From: Eledone cirrhosa
Taxonomy: Eukaryota
DNA: 64,000 bases
Assembly: GCA_964016885.1 (NCBI GenBank)
Contig: OZ024741.1
Span: 25,730,001 to 25,794,000 of the forward strand
Direction of reading: 5' to 3'
Part shown: piece by piece, positions 25,301-39,284 of the stretch
How positions within the stretch are numbered: position 1 is the first letter of the stretch
Layout of the letters: every line of letters begins with the position of its first letter
Notes under the pieces: model-generated
Database searches by the model: none
Seen by the model: the letters and a program-made list of their open reading frames with translations, nothing else
Told to the model about the DNA's origin: nothing
Made by a program: the position numbers and the translations under genes

Positions 25301-28300
25301 CACCCTCTCCTAGTTGTCCTCCTCCAATACAACAGACACACACTCAGGGCTAGGGTATGAACCCTCTCCTAGTTGTCCTCCTCCAATACTACAGACACAC
25401 ATTCAGGGCTAGGGTATGAACCCTCTCCTAGTTGTCCTCCTCCAATACTACAGACACACACTCAGGGCTAGGGTATGCACCCTCTCCTAGTTGTCCTCCT
25501 CCAATACAACAGACACACACTCAGGGCTAGGGTATGAACCCTCTCCTAGTTGTCCTCCTCCAATACTACAGACACACACTCAGGGCTAGGGTATGAACCC
25601 TCTCCTAGTTGTCCTCCTCCAATACAACAGACACACACTCAGGGCTAGGGTATGAACCCTCTCCTAGTTGTCCTCCTCCAATACTACAGACACACACTCA
25701 GCCTAGGGTATGAACCCTTTCTTAGTTGTCCTCCTCCAATACTACAGACACACACTCAGGGCTAGGGTATGAACCCTCTCCTAGTTGTCCTCCTCCAATA
25801 CTACAGACACACATTCAGGGCTAGGGTATGTACCCTCTCCTAGTTGTCCTCCTCCAATACAACAGACACACACTCAGCCTAGGGTATGAACCCTTTCTTA
25901 GTTGTCCTCCTCCAATACTACAGACACACACTCAGGGCTAGGGTATGAACCCTCTCCTAGTTGTCCTCCTCCAATACTACAGACACACATTCAGGGCTAG
26001 GGTATGTACCCTCTCCTAGTTGTCCTCCTCCAATACTACAGACACACACTCAGCCTAGGGTATGAACCCTTTCTTAGTTGTCCTCCTCCAATACTACAGA
26101 CACACACTCAGGGCTAGGGTATGAACCCTCTCCTAGTTGTCCTCCTCCAATACTACAGACACACACTCAGGGCTAGGGTATGTACCCTCTCCTAGTTGTC
26201 CTCCTCCAATACTACAGACACACACTCAGGGCTAGGGTATGTACCCTCTCCTAGTTGTCCTCCTCCAATACTACAGACACACACTCAGGGCTAGGGTATG
26301 AACCCTCTCCTAGTTGTCCTCCTCCAATACTACAGACACACACTCAGGGCTAGGGTATGAACCCTCTCCTAGTTGTCCTCCTCCAATACTACAGACACAC
26401 ACTCAGGGCTAGGGTATGTACCCTCTCCTAGTTGTCCTCCTCCAATACTACAGACACACACTCAGGGCTAGGGTATGTACCCTCTCCTAGTTGTCCTCCT
26501 CCAATACTACAGACACACATTCAGGGCTAGGGTATGTACCCTCTCCTAGTTGTCCTCCTCCAATACTACAGACACACACTCAGCCTAGGGTATGTACCCT
26601 CTCCTAGTTGTCCTCCTCCAATACTACAGACACACACTCAGGGCTAGGGTATGAACCCTCTCCTAGTTGTCCTCCTCCAATACTACAGACACACACTCAG
26701 GGCTAGGGTATGAACCCTTTCTTAGTTGTCCTCCTCCAATACTACAGACACACACTCAGGGCTAGGGTATGAACCCTCTCCTAGTTGTCCTCCTCCAATA
26801 CTACAGACACACACTCAGGGCTAGGGTATGAACCCTCTCCTAGTTGTCCTCCTCCAATACTACAGACACACACTCAGCCTAGGGTATGAACCCTTTCTTA
26901 GTTGTCCTCCTCCAATACTACAGACACACACTCAGGGCTAGGGTATGTACCCTCTCCTAGTTGTCCTCCTCCAATACTACAGACACACACTCAGGGCTAG
27001 GGTATGTACCCTCTCCTAGTTGTCCTCCTCCAATACTACAGACACACATTCAGGGCTAGGGTATGAACCCTCTCCTAGTTGTCCTCCTCCAATACTACAG
27101 ACACACATTCAGGGCTAGGGTATGCACCCTCTCCTAGTTGTCCTCCTCCAATACTACAGACACACATTCAGGGCTAGGGTATGCACCCTCTCCTAGTTGT
27201 CCTCCTCCAATACTACAGACACACACTCAGGGCTAGGGTATGAACCCTTTCTTAGTTGTCCTCCTCCAATACTACAGACACACACTCAGGGCTAGGGTAT
27301 GAACCCTCTCCTAGTTGTCCTCCTCCAATACTACAGACACACACTTAGGGCTAGGGTATGCATCCTCTTTTAGTTGTCCTCCTCCAATACAACAGACACA
27401 CACTCAGGGCTAGGGTATGCACCCTCTCTTAGTTGTCCTCCTCCAATACTACAGACACACATTCAGGGCTAGGGTATGCACCCTCTCCTAGTTGTCCTCC
27501 TCCAATACTACAGACACACACTCAGGGCTAGGGTATGTACCCTCTCCTAGTTGTCCTCCTCCAATACTACAGACACACACTCAGGGCTAGGGTATGCCCC
27601 CTCTCCTAGTTGTCCTCCTCCAATACAACAGACACACACTCAGGGCTAGGGTATGCACCCTCTCTTAGTTGTCCTCCTCCAATACTACAGACACACATTC
27701 AGGGCTAGGGTATGAACCCTTTCTTAGTTGTCCTCCTCCAATACTACAGACACACACTCAGGGCTAGGGTATGAACCCTCTCCTAGTTGTCCTCCTCCAA
27801 TACTACAGACACACATTCAGGGCTAGGGTATGCACCCTCTCCTAGTTGTCCTCCTCCAATACTACAGACACACATTCAGGGCTAGGGTATGCACCTTCTC
27901 CTAGTTGTCCTCCTCCAATACTACAGACACACACTCAGCCTAGGGTATGAACCCTTTCTTAGTTGTCCTCCTCCAATACAACAGACACACACTCAGGGCT
28001 AGGGTATGAACCCTCTCCTAGTTGTCCTCCTCCAATACTACAGACACACACTCAGGGCTAGGGTATGAACCCTCTCCTAGTTGTCCTCCTCCAATACAAC
28101 AGACACACACTCAGGGCTAGGGTATGTACCCTCTCCTAGTTGTCCTCCTCCAATACTACAGACACACATTCAGGGCTACGGTATGAACCCTCTCCCAGTT
28201 GTCCTCCTCCAATACTACAGACACACACTCAGGGCTAGGGTATGAACCCTCTCCTAGTTGTCCTCCTCCAATACTACAGACACACACTCAGGGCTAGGGT

Positions 28301-31300
28301 ATGCACCCTCTCTTAGTTGTCCTCCTCCAATACTACAGACACACACTTAGGGCTAGGGTATGCACCCTCTCCTAGTTGTCCTCCTCCAATACTACAGACA
28401 TACACTCAGGGCTAGGGTATGCACCCTCTCCTAGTTGTCCTCCTCCAATACTACAGACATACACTCAGGGCTAGGGTATGCACCCTCTCTTAGTTGTCCT
28501 CCTCCAATACTACAGACACACACTTAGGGCTAGGGTATGCACCCTCTCCTAGTTGTCCTCCTCCAATACTACAGACACACACTCAGGGCTAGGGTATGCA
28601 CCCTCTCTTAGTTGTCCTCCTCCAATACTACAGACACACACTTAGGGCTAGGGTATGCACCCTCTCCTAGTTGTCCTCCTCCAATACTACAGACACACAC
28701 TCAGGGCTAGGGTATGAACCCTCTCCTAGTTGTCCTCCTCCAATACTACAGACACACACTCAGGGCTAGGGTATGAACCCTCTCTTAGTTGTCCTCCTCC
28801 AATACTACAGACACACATTCAGGGCTAGGGTATGAACCCTCTCCTAGTTGTCCTCCTCCAATACTACAGACACACACTTAGGGCTAGGGTATGCACCCTC
28901 TCCTAGTTGTCCTCCTCCAATACAACAGACACACACTCAGGGCTAGGGTATGAACCCTCTCTTAGTTGTCCTCCTCCAATACTACAGACACACATTCAGG
29001 GCTAGGGTATGAACCCTCTCCTAGTTGTCCTCCTCCAATACAACAGACACACACTCAGGGCTAGGGTATGAACCCTCTCTTAGTTGTCCTCCTCCAATAC
29101 TACAGACACACATTCAGGGCTAGGGTATGAACCCTCTCCTAGTTGTCCTCCTCCAATACTACAGACACACACTTAGGGCTAGGGTATGCACCCTCTCCTA
29201 GTTGTCCTCCTCCAATACAACAGACACACACTCAGGGCTAGGGTATGAACCCTCTCTTTGTTGTCCTCCTCCAATACTACAGACACACATTCAGGGCTAG
29301 GGTATGAACCCTCTCCTAGTTGTCCTCCTCCAATACTACAGACACACACTTAGGGCTAGGGTATGCACCCTCTCCTAGTTGTCCTCCTCCAATACAACAG
29401 ACACACACTCAGGGCTAGGGTATGAACCCTCTCTTAGTTGTCCTCCTCCAATACTACAGACACACATTCAGGGCTAGGGTATGAACCCTCTCCTAGTTGT
29501 CCTCCTCCAATACTACAGACACACACTCAGGGCTAGGGTATGCACCCTCTCCTAGTTGTCCTCCTCCAATACAACAGACACACACTCAGGGCTAGGGTAT
29601 GAACCCTCTCTTAGTTGTCCTCCTCCAATACTACAGACACACACTCAGGGCTAGGGTATGCACCCTCTCCTAGTTGTCCTCCTCCAATACAACAGACACA
29701 CACTCAGGGCTAGGGTATGAACCCTCTCCTAGTTGTCCTCCTCCAATACTACAGACACACACTTAGGGCTAGGGTATGCACCCTCTCCTAGTTGTCCTCC
29801 TCCAATACAACAGACACACACTCAGGGCTAGGGTATGAACCCTCTCCTAGTTGTCCTCCTCCAATACTACAGACACACACTCAGGGCTAGGGTATGTACC
29901 CTCTCCTAGTTGTCCTCCTCCAATACAACAGACACATACTCAGGGCTAGGGTATGAACCCTCTCCTAGTTGTCCTCCTCCAATACTACAGACACACATTC
30001 AGGGCTAGGGTATGAACCCTCTCCTAGTTGTCCTCCTCCAATACTACAGACACACACTCAGGGCTAGGGTATGCACCCTCTCCTAGTTGTCCTCCTCCAA
30101 TACAACAGACACACACTCAGGGCTAGGGTATGAACCCTCTCCTAGTTGTCCTCCTCCAATACTACAGACACACATTCAGGGCTAGGGTATGAACCCTCTC
30201 CTAGTTGTCCTCCTCCAATACTACAGACACACACTCAGGGCTAGGGTATGCACCCTCTCCTAGTTGTCCTCCTCCAATACAACAGACACACACTCAGGGC
30301 TAGGGTATGAACCCTCTCCTAGTTGTCCTCCTCCAATACTACAGACACACACTCAGGGCTAGGGTATGAACCCTCTCCTAGTTGTCCTCCTCCAATACAA
30401 CAGACACACACTCAGGGCTAGGGTATGAACCCTCTCCTAGTTGTCCTCCTCCAATACTACAGACACACACTCAGCCTAGGGTATGAACCCTTTCTTAGTT
30501 GTCCTCCTCCAATACTACAGACACACACTCAGGGCTAGGGTATGAACCCTCTCCTAGTTGTCCTCCTCCAATACTACAGACACACATTCAGGGCTAGGGT
30601 ATGTACCCTCTCCTAGTTGTCCTCCTCCAATACAACAGACACACACTCAGCCTAGGGTATGAACCCTTTCTTAGTTGTCCTCCTCCAATACTACAGACAC
30701 ACACTCAGGGCTAGGGTATGAACCCTCTCCTAGTTGTCCTCCTCCAATACTACAGACACACATTCAGGGCTAGGGTATGTACCCTCTCCTAGTTGTCCTC
30801 CTCCAATACTACAGACACACACTCAGCCTAGGGTATGAACCCTTTCTTAGTTGTCCTCCTCCAATACTACAGACACACACTCAGGGCTAGGGTATGAACC
30901 CTCTCCTAGTTGTCCTCCTCCAATACTACAGACACACACTCAGGGCTAGGGTATGTACCCTCTCCTAGTTGTCCTCCTCCAATACTACAGACACACACTC
31001 AGGGCTAGGGTATGTACCCTCTCCTAGTTGTCCTCCTCCAATACTACAGACACACACTCAGGGCTAGGGTATGAACCCTCTCCTAGTTGTCCTCCTCCAA
31101 TACTACAGACACACACTCAGGGCTAGGGTATGAACCCTCTCCTAGTTGTCCTCCTCCAATACTACAGACACACACTCAGGGCTAGGGTATGTACCCTCTC
31201 CTAGTTGTCCTCCTCCAATACTACAGACACACACTCAGGGCTAGGGTATGTACCCTCTCCTAGTTGTCCTCCTCCAATACTACAGACACACATTCAGGGC

Positions 31301-33363
31301 TAGGGTATGTACCCTCTCCTAGTTGTCCTCCTCCAATACTACAGACACACACTCAGCCTAGGGTATGTACCCTCTCCTAGTTGTCCTCCTCCAATACTAC
31401 AGACACACACTCAGGGCTAGGGTATGAACCCTCTCCTAGTTGTCCTCCTCCAATACTACAGACACACACTCAGGGCTAGGGTATGAACCCTTTCTTAGTT
31501 GTCCTCCTCCAATACTACAGACACACACTCAGGGCTAGGGTATGAACCCTCTCCTAGTTGTCCTCCTCCAATACTACAGACACACACTCAGGGCTAGGGT
31601 ATGAACCCTCTCCTAGTTGTCCTCCTCCAATACTACAGACACACACTCAGCCTAGGGTATGAACCCTTTCTTAGTTGTCCTCCTCCAATACTACAGACAC
31701 ACACTCAGGGCTAGGGTATGTACCCTCTCCTAGTTGTCCTCCTCCAATACTACAGACACACACTCAGGGCTAGGGTATGTACCCTCTCCTAGTTGTCCTC
31801 CTCCAATACTACAGACACACATTCAGGGCTAGGGTATGAACCCTCTCCTAGTTGTCCTCCTCCAATACTACAGACACACATTCAGGGCTAGGGTATGCAC
31901 CCTCTCCTAGTTGTCCTCCTCCAATACTACAGACACACATTCAGGGCTAGGGTATGCACCCTCTCCTAGTTGTCCTCCTCCAATACTACAGACACACACT
32001 CAGGGCTAGGGTATGAACCCTTTCTTAGTTGTCCTCCTCCAATACTACAGACACACACTCAGGGCTAGGGTATGAACCCTCTCCTAGTTGTCCTCCTCCA
32101 ATACTACAGACACACACTTAGGGCTAGGGTATGCACCCTCTCCTAGTTGTCCTCCTCCAATACAACAGACACACACTCAGGGCTAGGGTATGCACCCTCT
32201 CTTAGTTGTCCTCCTCCAATACTACAGACACACATTCAGGGCTAGGGTATGCACCCTCTCCTAGTTGTCCTCCTCCAATACAACAGACACACACTCAGGG
32301 CTAGGGTATGCACCCTCTCTTAGTTGTCCTCCTCCAATACTACAGACACACATTCAGGGCTAGGGTATGAACCCTTTCTTAGTTGTCCTCCTCCAATACT
32401 ACAGACACACACTCAGGGCTAGGGTATGAACCCTCTCCTAGTTGTCCTCCTCCAATACTACAGACACACATTCAGGGCTAGGGTATGCACCCTCTCCTAG
32501 TTGTCCTCCTCCAATACTACAGACACACATTCAGGGCTAGGGTATGCACCTTCTCCTAGTTGTCCTCCTCCAATACTACAGACACACACTCAGCCTAGGG
32601 TATGAACCCTTTCTTAGTTGTCCTCCTCCAATACAACAGACACACACACTCAGGGCTAGGGTATGAACCCTCTCCTAGTTGTCCTCCTCCAATACTACAG
32701 ACACACACTCAGGGCTAGGGTATGAACCCTCTCCTAGTTGTCCTCCTCCAATACTACAGACACACACTCAGGGCTAGGGTATGAACCCTCTCTTAGTTGT
32801 CCTCCTCCAATACTACAGACACACACTCAGCCTAGGGTATGAACCCTTTCTTAGTTGTCCTCCTCCAATACTACAGACACACACTCAGGGCTAGGGTATG
32901 AACCCTCTCCTAGTTGTCCTCCTCCAATACTACAGACACACACTCAGGGCTAGGGTATGAACCCTCTCCTAGTTGTCCTCCTCCAATACTACAGACACAC
33001 ACTCAGGGCTTGGGTATGAACCCTCTCTTAGTTGTCCTCCTCCAATACTACAGACACACACTCAGGGCTAGGGTATGCACCCTCTCTGAGTTGTCCTCCT
33101 CCAATACTACAGACACACACTCAGGGCTAGGGTATGTACCCTCTCCTAGTTGTCCTCCTCCAATACTACAGACACACACTCAGGGCTAGGGTATGAACCC
33201 TCTCCTAGTTGTCCTCCTCCAATACTACAGACACACACTCAGGGCTTGGGTATGCACCCTCTCTTAGTTGTCCTCCTCCAATACTACAGACACACACTCA
33301 GGGCTAGGGTATGAACCCTCTCTTAGTTGTCCTCCTCCAATACTACAGACACACACTCAGGGC
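19398..33363. repeat. 59-bp satellite, about 236 copies, 14 kb (ctcagggctagggtatgaaccctctcctagttgtcctcctccaatactacagacacaca)
   Basis: Head-to-tail, highly homogeneous, a few recurrent variants; no unique spacers. Confidence 0.99.
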
Positions 33364-33419
33364 AAGCCCATTCACACAGGTCATTCTTGCCCCTCTCATT
33401 CACCACTAAACAATAAGAT

Positions 33420-33643
33420 TAGTTACCAACCCAGCCAAAACCGACCCTGGTTCTATGAAATAAAACCACCCATTTTAAAGGTTTCCAGTTTAAATTAAAT
33501 CTTCCAACATAATTTTATATAAGAACTTACATTAAGTTACTTAGTAATGAAATGATTAATAATTTTAATGAATCCTTCAAAATTCTTCGTCAATTAATTT
33601 TAAAAGAGTGTATTGCATTAGAAATATTGTCACGAAAGGGTTA
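33420..33643. mobile_element. AT-rich MITE copy
   Basis: ctggttctatg...cttccaacataattttatataagaac...gaaagggtta. Confidence 0.6.
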
Positions 33644-33667
33644 CTATGTAAATTGGTAATCAATACT

Positions 33668-33878
33668 TGCATCCTTTAAAACCTCCATGCTTCTTGAGAT
33701 TCGCCAACACTATACCTGATATCCCCCCTCCATACACACGCACACCACACATGTATTTCATGACTCGTACACTGTTCATTTTCCTGACATTTGTACATTA
33801 TTCTATGTACTATACATGCACCTTTGATGAGTTGTAGTGCACCTGAGCACTGTACACAATAATTTCATTATTATTTAT
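33668..33878 (+). mobile_element. CR1-clade LINE 3' end
   Basis: Reverse-complement match to 17292-17500. Confidence 0.8.
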
Positions 33879-34739
33879 ATTATTATAAAGATATTTTATT
33901 GATTACCAATCAACTACAGCTTGTTCTATATCCAGGGGAACTTTACCAGATTTTCTCAACTATTATTTACAGTGTTTGTCTATTATTGCAATTGTTTGTG
34001 TTAGGACGCACATATTTAAATTTCAAAATTTTCCAATGTTTCTCAAGTCAACAGCTTTCTTTAAATCTGATATATCTATTTCACCTGTAAGACTGACCTG
34101 TGGTTAAATAGCCAGGTTGACTTGTCTAGAAACAATGAAGTAATGATATTTCCATCAGATTTGAACTTGTAAACTGCATGTTTATCCACCCAACCACAAC
34201 CATCCCCATAAGAGAAGTCAGCCCCTCCTGCTCTACAACCCCCTCCCCACCTTTGTATGTGAAGAGAAGAAGTCACCCCCCCCCTCCATTTGAATATTAT
34301 ATATAATTGAATGAAAACATTGAGGGAAGGATAAGGAAGATTATGGTGGCTTTCCCAGGCTCCTTAACCATCATCACCACCATTAGCAACAACAGCAGCA
34401 CCGTAATTATCATCACTAACATCATCATTAGCATCACCATCAACAGTAGTAGTATCATCATCATCATCATCATAACATTAACATTTCTTCTCTCTATTCC
34501 TGGCCCATAATTCTGTCACAGGTTCAATAGATCTATATTAATACTTCCACTCTTTCTCTTTACCTATCTTGCCCCTCCACCCCCAACCTCTAGTTGTCAT
34601 TTCCTCTGTAGTGCTCCCTAATATAATTGAGAGGATATGTTAAATAAGGATTTCCTTTTAGTTGGGGAAGTGGTAGAGCCCTTCCTGGCATCTTCCATCT
34701 GTTGGTTCTTCTTTACTGTTTTTTAGCCTTTGGCAAAAT

Positions 34740-34961
34740 TTAACCCTTTCATGACCATATTTCTAATGAAATACACCCTAATTCTCTTAATGAAGAATTT
34801 ACTAAAATTATTAATTATTTCATTACTAAGATAGTAATCCAGCATATGGTTCTTATATAAAATTATGTCGGAAGATTTTAATTTAAAAAGGAACCTTTTA
34901 AAATGAATGTTTTGGTTTCACAGAACCAGAGCTGGTTTTAGTGGGTTCATGCGAGGGTTAA
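34740..34961. mobile_element. MITE with TTAA flanks and CCC...GGG termini (piggyBac-like)
   Basis: ttaa|ccctttcatgacc ... ggttcatgcgaggg|ttaa. Confidence 0.7.
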
Positions 34962-34969
34962 GTTATATA

Positions 34970-35150
34970 ACTGTTTCTACTTTAGGCACAAGGCCAGCAA
35001 TTATCCAGTGCATTACTGGTACTTTATTTTATCGACCCCGTAAGGATGAAAGGCAAAGTCAACCTCGGCGGGATTTGAACTCAGATCGTAAAGGGACGTA
35101 ACTGTGCTGGAAAGCATGGCGTCCGACTCTCTACCGATACTGCCAATCCA
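34970..35150 (-). mobile_element. Nin/Deu-like tRNA-SINE (short subfamily)
   Basis: Close match to 63445-63632 and 12275-12457. Confidence 0.85.
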
Positions 35151-35192
35151 TCGATATAACACCAGGTAACACAGTTTTTACTGTCTTATATT

Positions 35193-35440
35193 TAGGCATG
35201 TGGTTAGAATATTTCAGGAAAGAATAGCTGGACAGATTTTACAAGCAAAACCAACTGGCAGGAGACCTTGGGGTAAACACCAAGCAAGATGGTTGGATAA
35301 CATCCATGAGCTTGACTGGTCTCGCTTGGGGATGCAGCCGGATCAACTGGAGATGGTTGCTTCTGACAGGACCCGCTGGAAGGGCTATTTGAGGACTCTG
35401 CCCCCATGACCCTCTCAGGAATAAGTGGACGAAGAAGATA
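35193..35440 (+). mobile_element. RTE-like LINE C-terminal fragment (second family)
   Basis: GHVVRIFQERIAGQILQAKPTGRRPWGKHQARWLDNI...VASDRTRWK. Confidence 0.8.
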
Positions 35441-35552
35441 TTTGAGGCTTGTGTTTTGGTGAATTTCAGAGTTCTGTACTCCAAAATCAGTTTTTTTTCT
35501 TTTTCCTATCATAATCATCATTTATTCTGCAACATCCACCCATTTTAAAATA

Positions 35553-35722
35553 ATCACTGTTATGATGTACTTGTGTATATGAATCATTGTAATAAAGTAC
35601 TTGTGTATATGAACCACTGTAATAAAGTACTTGTGTATATGAGTCACTGTAATAAAATACTTGTGTATATGAACCACTGTAATAAAGTACTTGTGTATAT
35701 GGACTGCTGTAATGTACTTGTG
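35553..35722. repeat. 30-bp tandem repeat, about 5.5 copies (actgtaataaagtacttgtgtatatgaacc)
   Basis: Direct inspection. Confidence 0.9.
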
Positions 35723-35769
35723 TGAGTTTAACTTTCATTCGTTATGATGATTAGTGTTGCATTTGTTTG

Positions 35770-36130
35770 ACCAATGGAACAGCTTGCTTGTGAAATTACT
35801 GTGCAATTGGCTGAGCATTTCACAGACACGGATACCCTTAACATAGTTCTCAGGGAGATTCAGTGTATTACAAGGCTGGCCCTCAGAATTACAGGTACAG
35901 TCCGTATTGTATTATTGTGTAAGTGGCTGAATATTCCACAAGCATATGTACCCTTAACATAGTTCTCAGGGAGATTGTGTGGCACAGTGTATTGCAAGAT
36001 TGTCTCTTTACAGGTACTGTTCAATATCCCAGCTAGACACTGGAGCACCATTAAATACAATGTCTCACTGAAGGAGACAATACATTACCAGGAATCAACC
36101 TCACAACCTCAGTCACAAGCCAAATATTTT
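35770..36130 (-). mobile_element. Decayed CORE-type SINE with internal duplication of about 115 bp
   Basis: tacccttaacatagttctcagggagatt occurs at about 35833 and 35949; related fragment at 41495-41580. Confidence 0.6.
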
Positions 36131-36344
36131 GGCGACATGAAAGTTAGACATATTTTCTGGTGTATTTGGAACTCTGCTGTCAAATATACCAGTCAGTTTT
36201 GTCCTATCAACTCTAGTTTTTAACATACAGCATAGCCCTTTATATGCTCATGTTGAAAATAGGGACCCCAGTAGCACCTTATATTTTGACCCCTTGAAAT
36301 TTAGATCTATTTTTCAATATTTTTGAAATGTTGATTAACTCTAA

Positions 36345-36606
36345 TTAACCCTTCTGACATCAAACCCCCTGAAATTGTCCCTGGTTCTATCATGCAAAGT
36401 TGTTTATTTTAAATGTTTGTATTTATCTAAAAAAAAACCTTCCATCATAATTTTATGTAAGAAGCTTTGTTAACCCATGTCCCAAACACCAACATAATAA
36501 GGAAGTTAGTTATATTACAAAATTCCTCCAAATTCTTGATTATTTTCAATATTATTTGAAAATCACACTCAGTCTTTCACTGGGAATATGGTAACAGAAG
36601 GATTAA
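36345..36606. mobile_element. MITE copy (TTAA-CCC family)
   Basis: ttaa|cccttctgaca ... taacagaagga|ttaa. Confidence 0.65.
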
Positions 36607-36783
36607 ATCATGATCTACTGTTTTGATATAGAAATAATATTATTGCTATTAAAACAACATATTATTAAATCAGCATGTATGTATACACTCACACATTGAT
36701 GTATAATATATACAGCTATAATGAGTGTATGTTAATATATATGATCTAGTGTAGGTACATACACACATAGAAATCTTTCTAAA

Positions 36784-36821
36784 ACACACACACACACACA
36801 CACCACACACACCCCACACAC

Positions 36822-36907
<86 letters not shown>

Positions 36908-37005
36908 GTACACACACACACGTACACACACACACGTACACACACACACGTACACACACACATGTACACACACACATGTACACACTCATATACACACTCA
37001 TATAT

Positions 37006-37043
<38 letters not shown>
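36784..37043. repeat. (CA)n/(TA)n microsatellite
   Basis: Direct inspection. Confidence 0.95.
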
Positions 37044-37045
<2 letters not shown>

Positions 37046-37530
37046 TTTTATAAAGTTTTGTATTTTAAATGAAAATAACTGGAATAGCTTAGAAATATTT
37101 CACATGAGCAATTACTTCTAATACAGAGAAAACAAAAATATTTCAGAAAATAACTCTCCCAAATAAAAAAAAAAACTCTGTGTGTGTGTATGCGTGTTTG
37201 TATGTATGTAAATGTATGTACGTGTGTGTGTATGTACATATGTATGCATATACACACACATATATATGTATATACAGTAGACTGTGAAAAGTGGTTGGTG
37301 ATAGCAAGAGCCTCCAGCCATAGAAACCATTCCGAAACCAAGGGGATAAAAAAATGAGATGTAGGCCTCTGGCCTGTTACTGAAATCATAGTAACTCTAA
37401 TTAAGTAAAGTCATTGTCTGTAGTGATCAGTCCAACCTATATCTGCATGACAAAGACATGACAACCTCCTTAATGCTGATGTCACAATAAAAAGCACTTG
37501 GTAATGCTCAGGATTGTATATAGGCCACCA

Positions 37531-38975
37531 GCCTGTCTGAGCACTCACTAAGGCGAAGGTATGCCTGTCAGCAAGATGTGGGCCTGTCTGAGCACTCACT
37601 AAGGCGAAGGTATGCCTGTCAGCAAGATGTGGGCCTGTCTGAGCACTCACTAAGGCGAAGGTATGCCTGTCAGCAAGATGTGGGCCTGTCTGAGCACTCA
37701 CTAAGGCGAAGGTATGCCTGTCAGCAAGATGTGGGCCTGTCTGAGCACTCACTAAGGCGAAGGTATGCCTGTCAGCAAGATGTGGGCCTGTCTGAGCACT
37801 CACTAAGGCGAAGGTATGCCTGTCAGCAAGACGTGGGCCTGTCTGAGCACTCACTAAGGCGAAGGTATACCTGTCAGCAAGACGTGGGCCTGTCTGAGCA
37901 CTCACTAAGGCGAAGGTATACCTGTCAGCAAGATGTGGGCCTGTCTGAGCACTCACTAAGGCGAAGGTATACCTGTCAGCAAGACGTGGGCCTGTCTGAG
38001 CACTCACTAAGGCGAAGGTATGCCTGTCAGCAAGATGTGGGCCTGTCTGAGCACTCACTAAGGCGAAGGTATGCCTGTCAGCAAGATGTGGGCCTGTCTG
38101 AGCACTCACTAAGGCGAAGGTATGCCTGTCAGCAAGACGTGGGCCTGTCTGAGCACTCACTAAGGCGAAGGTATACCTGTCAGCAAGATGTGGGCCTGTC
38201 TGAGCACTCACTAAGGCGAAGGTATGCCTGTCAGCAAGATGTGGGCCTGTCTGAGCACTCACTAAGGCGAAGGTATGCCTGTCAGCAAGATGTGGGCCTG
38301 TCTGAGCACTCACTAAGGCGAAGGTATACCTGTCAGCAAGACGTGGGCCTGTCTGAGCACTCACTAAGGCGAAGGTATGCCTGTCAGCAAGATGTGGGCC
38401 TGTCTGAGCACTCACTAAGGCGAAGGTATGCCTGTCAGCAAGACGTGGGCCTGTCTGAGCACTCACTAAGGCGAAGGTATGCCTGTCAGCAAGACGTGGG
38501 CCTGTCTGAGCACTCACTAAGGCGAAGGTATACCTGTCAGCAAGATGTGGGCCTGTCTGAGCACTCACTAAGGCGAAGGTATGCCTGTCAGCAAGATGTG
38601 GGCCTGTCTAAGCACTCACTAAGGCGAAGGTATACCTGTCAGCAAGATGTGGGCCTGTCTGAGCACTCACTAAGGCGAAGGTATGCCTGTCAGCAAGACG
38701 TGGGCCTGTCTGAGCACTCACTAAGGCGAAGGTATGCCTGTCAGCAAGATGTGGGCCTGTCTGAGCACTCACTAAGGCGAAGGTATGCCTGTAAGCAAGA
38801 TGTGGGCCTGTCTAAGCACTCACTGAGGTGCAGGTATGCCTGTAAGCAAGATGTGGGCCTGTCTGAGCACTCACTAAGGCGAAGGTATGCCTGTAAGCAA
38901 GATGTGGGCCTGTCTAAGCACTCACTGAGGTGCAGGTATGCCTGTAAGCAAGATGTGGGCCTGTCTGAGCACTCA
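37531..38975. repeat. 51-bp minisatellite, about 28 copies (gcctgtctgagcactcactaaggcgaaggtatgcctgtcagcaagatgtgg)
   Basis: 17-aa periodicity in the ORFs on both strands. Confidence 0.98.
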
Positions 38976-39004
38976 GAGGTGTAGGTTATAGTAAGATAAA
39001 GGGC

Positions 39005-39261
39005 CCTAAACTCTCAATGGAGTTGTAGGGGTGCCATCCTAACACATAACATGTCTTGATCATTTTAAACTTGACAGAGTGAATGCTTCTCCAGGTCAGA
39101 AGCCTAAAGTCTGTCTTGAGCCCAAAGGGTCATCACACCATCATTTCTGTGATGTGAAGTGACTGAGAGAACAAGACTTCCCCCTGGACTTCCCCTGGAC
39201 TGGATGCATGACCCAGCCCAGGAATCGAACACCCTTACCACTAGACCACGCGTCTCCACAA
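39005..39261 (-). mobile_element. tRNA-derived SINE with internally deleted head and 'gacctggagaag...ggcacccctacaactcc' tail
   Basis: Minus strand tggtctagtggtaagggtgttcgattcc (A and B boxes); tail similar to 6150-6245 and 61285-61380. Confidence 0.6.
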
Positions 39262-39284
39262 TTTCTTCCATAGAAAGAAGGAAT

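Noticed and set aside
19398-33363. CRISPR-like or telomeric array (contains tcaggg/ttaggg-ctaggg and a small hairpin)
   Set aside because: Units are contiguous with no unique spacers, there are no cas genes and the context is eukaryotic; only two hexamer-like motifs occur per 59 bp.
37411-38984. 385-aa and 468-aa ORFs on opposite strands
   Set aside because: The 51-bp unit is a multiple of 3 and stop-free in those frames; no unique coding flanks or recognisable domain.
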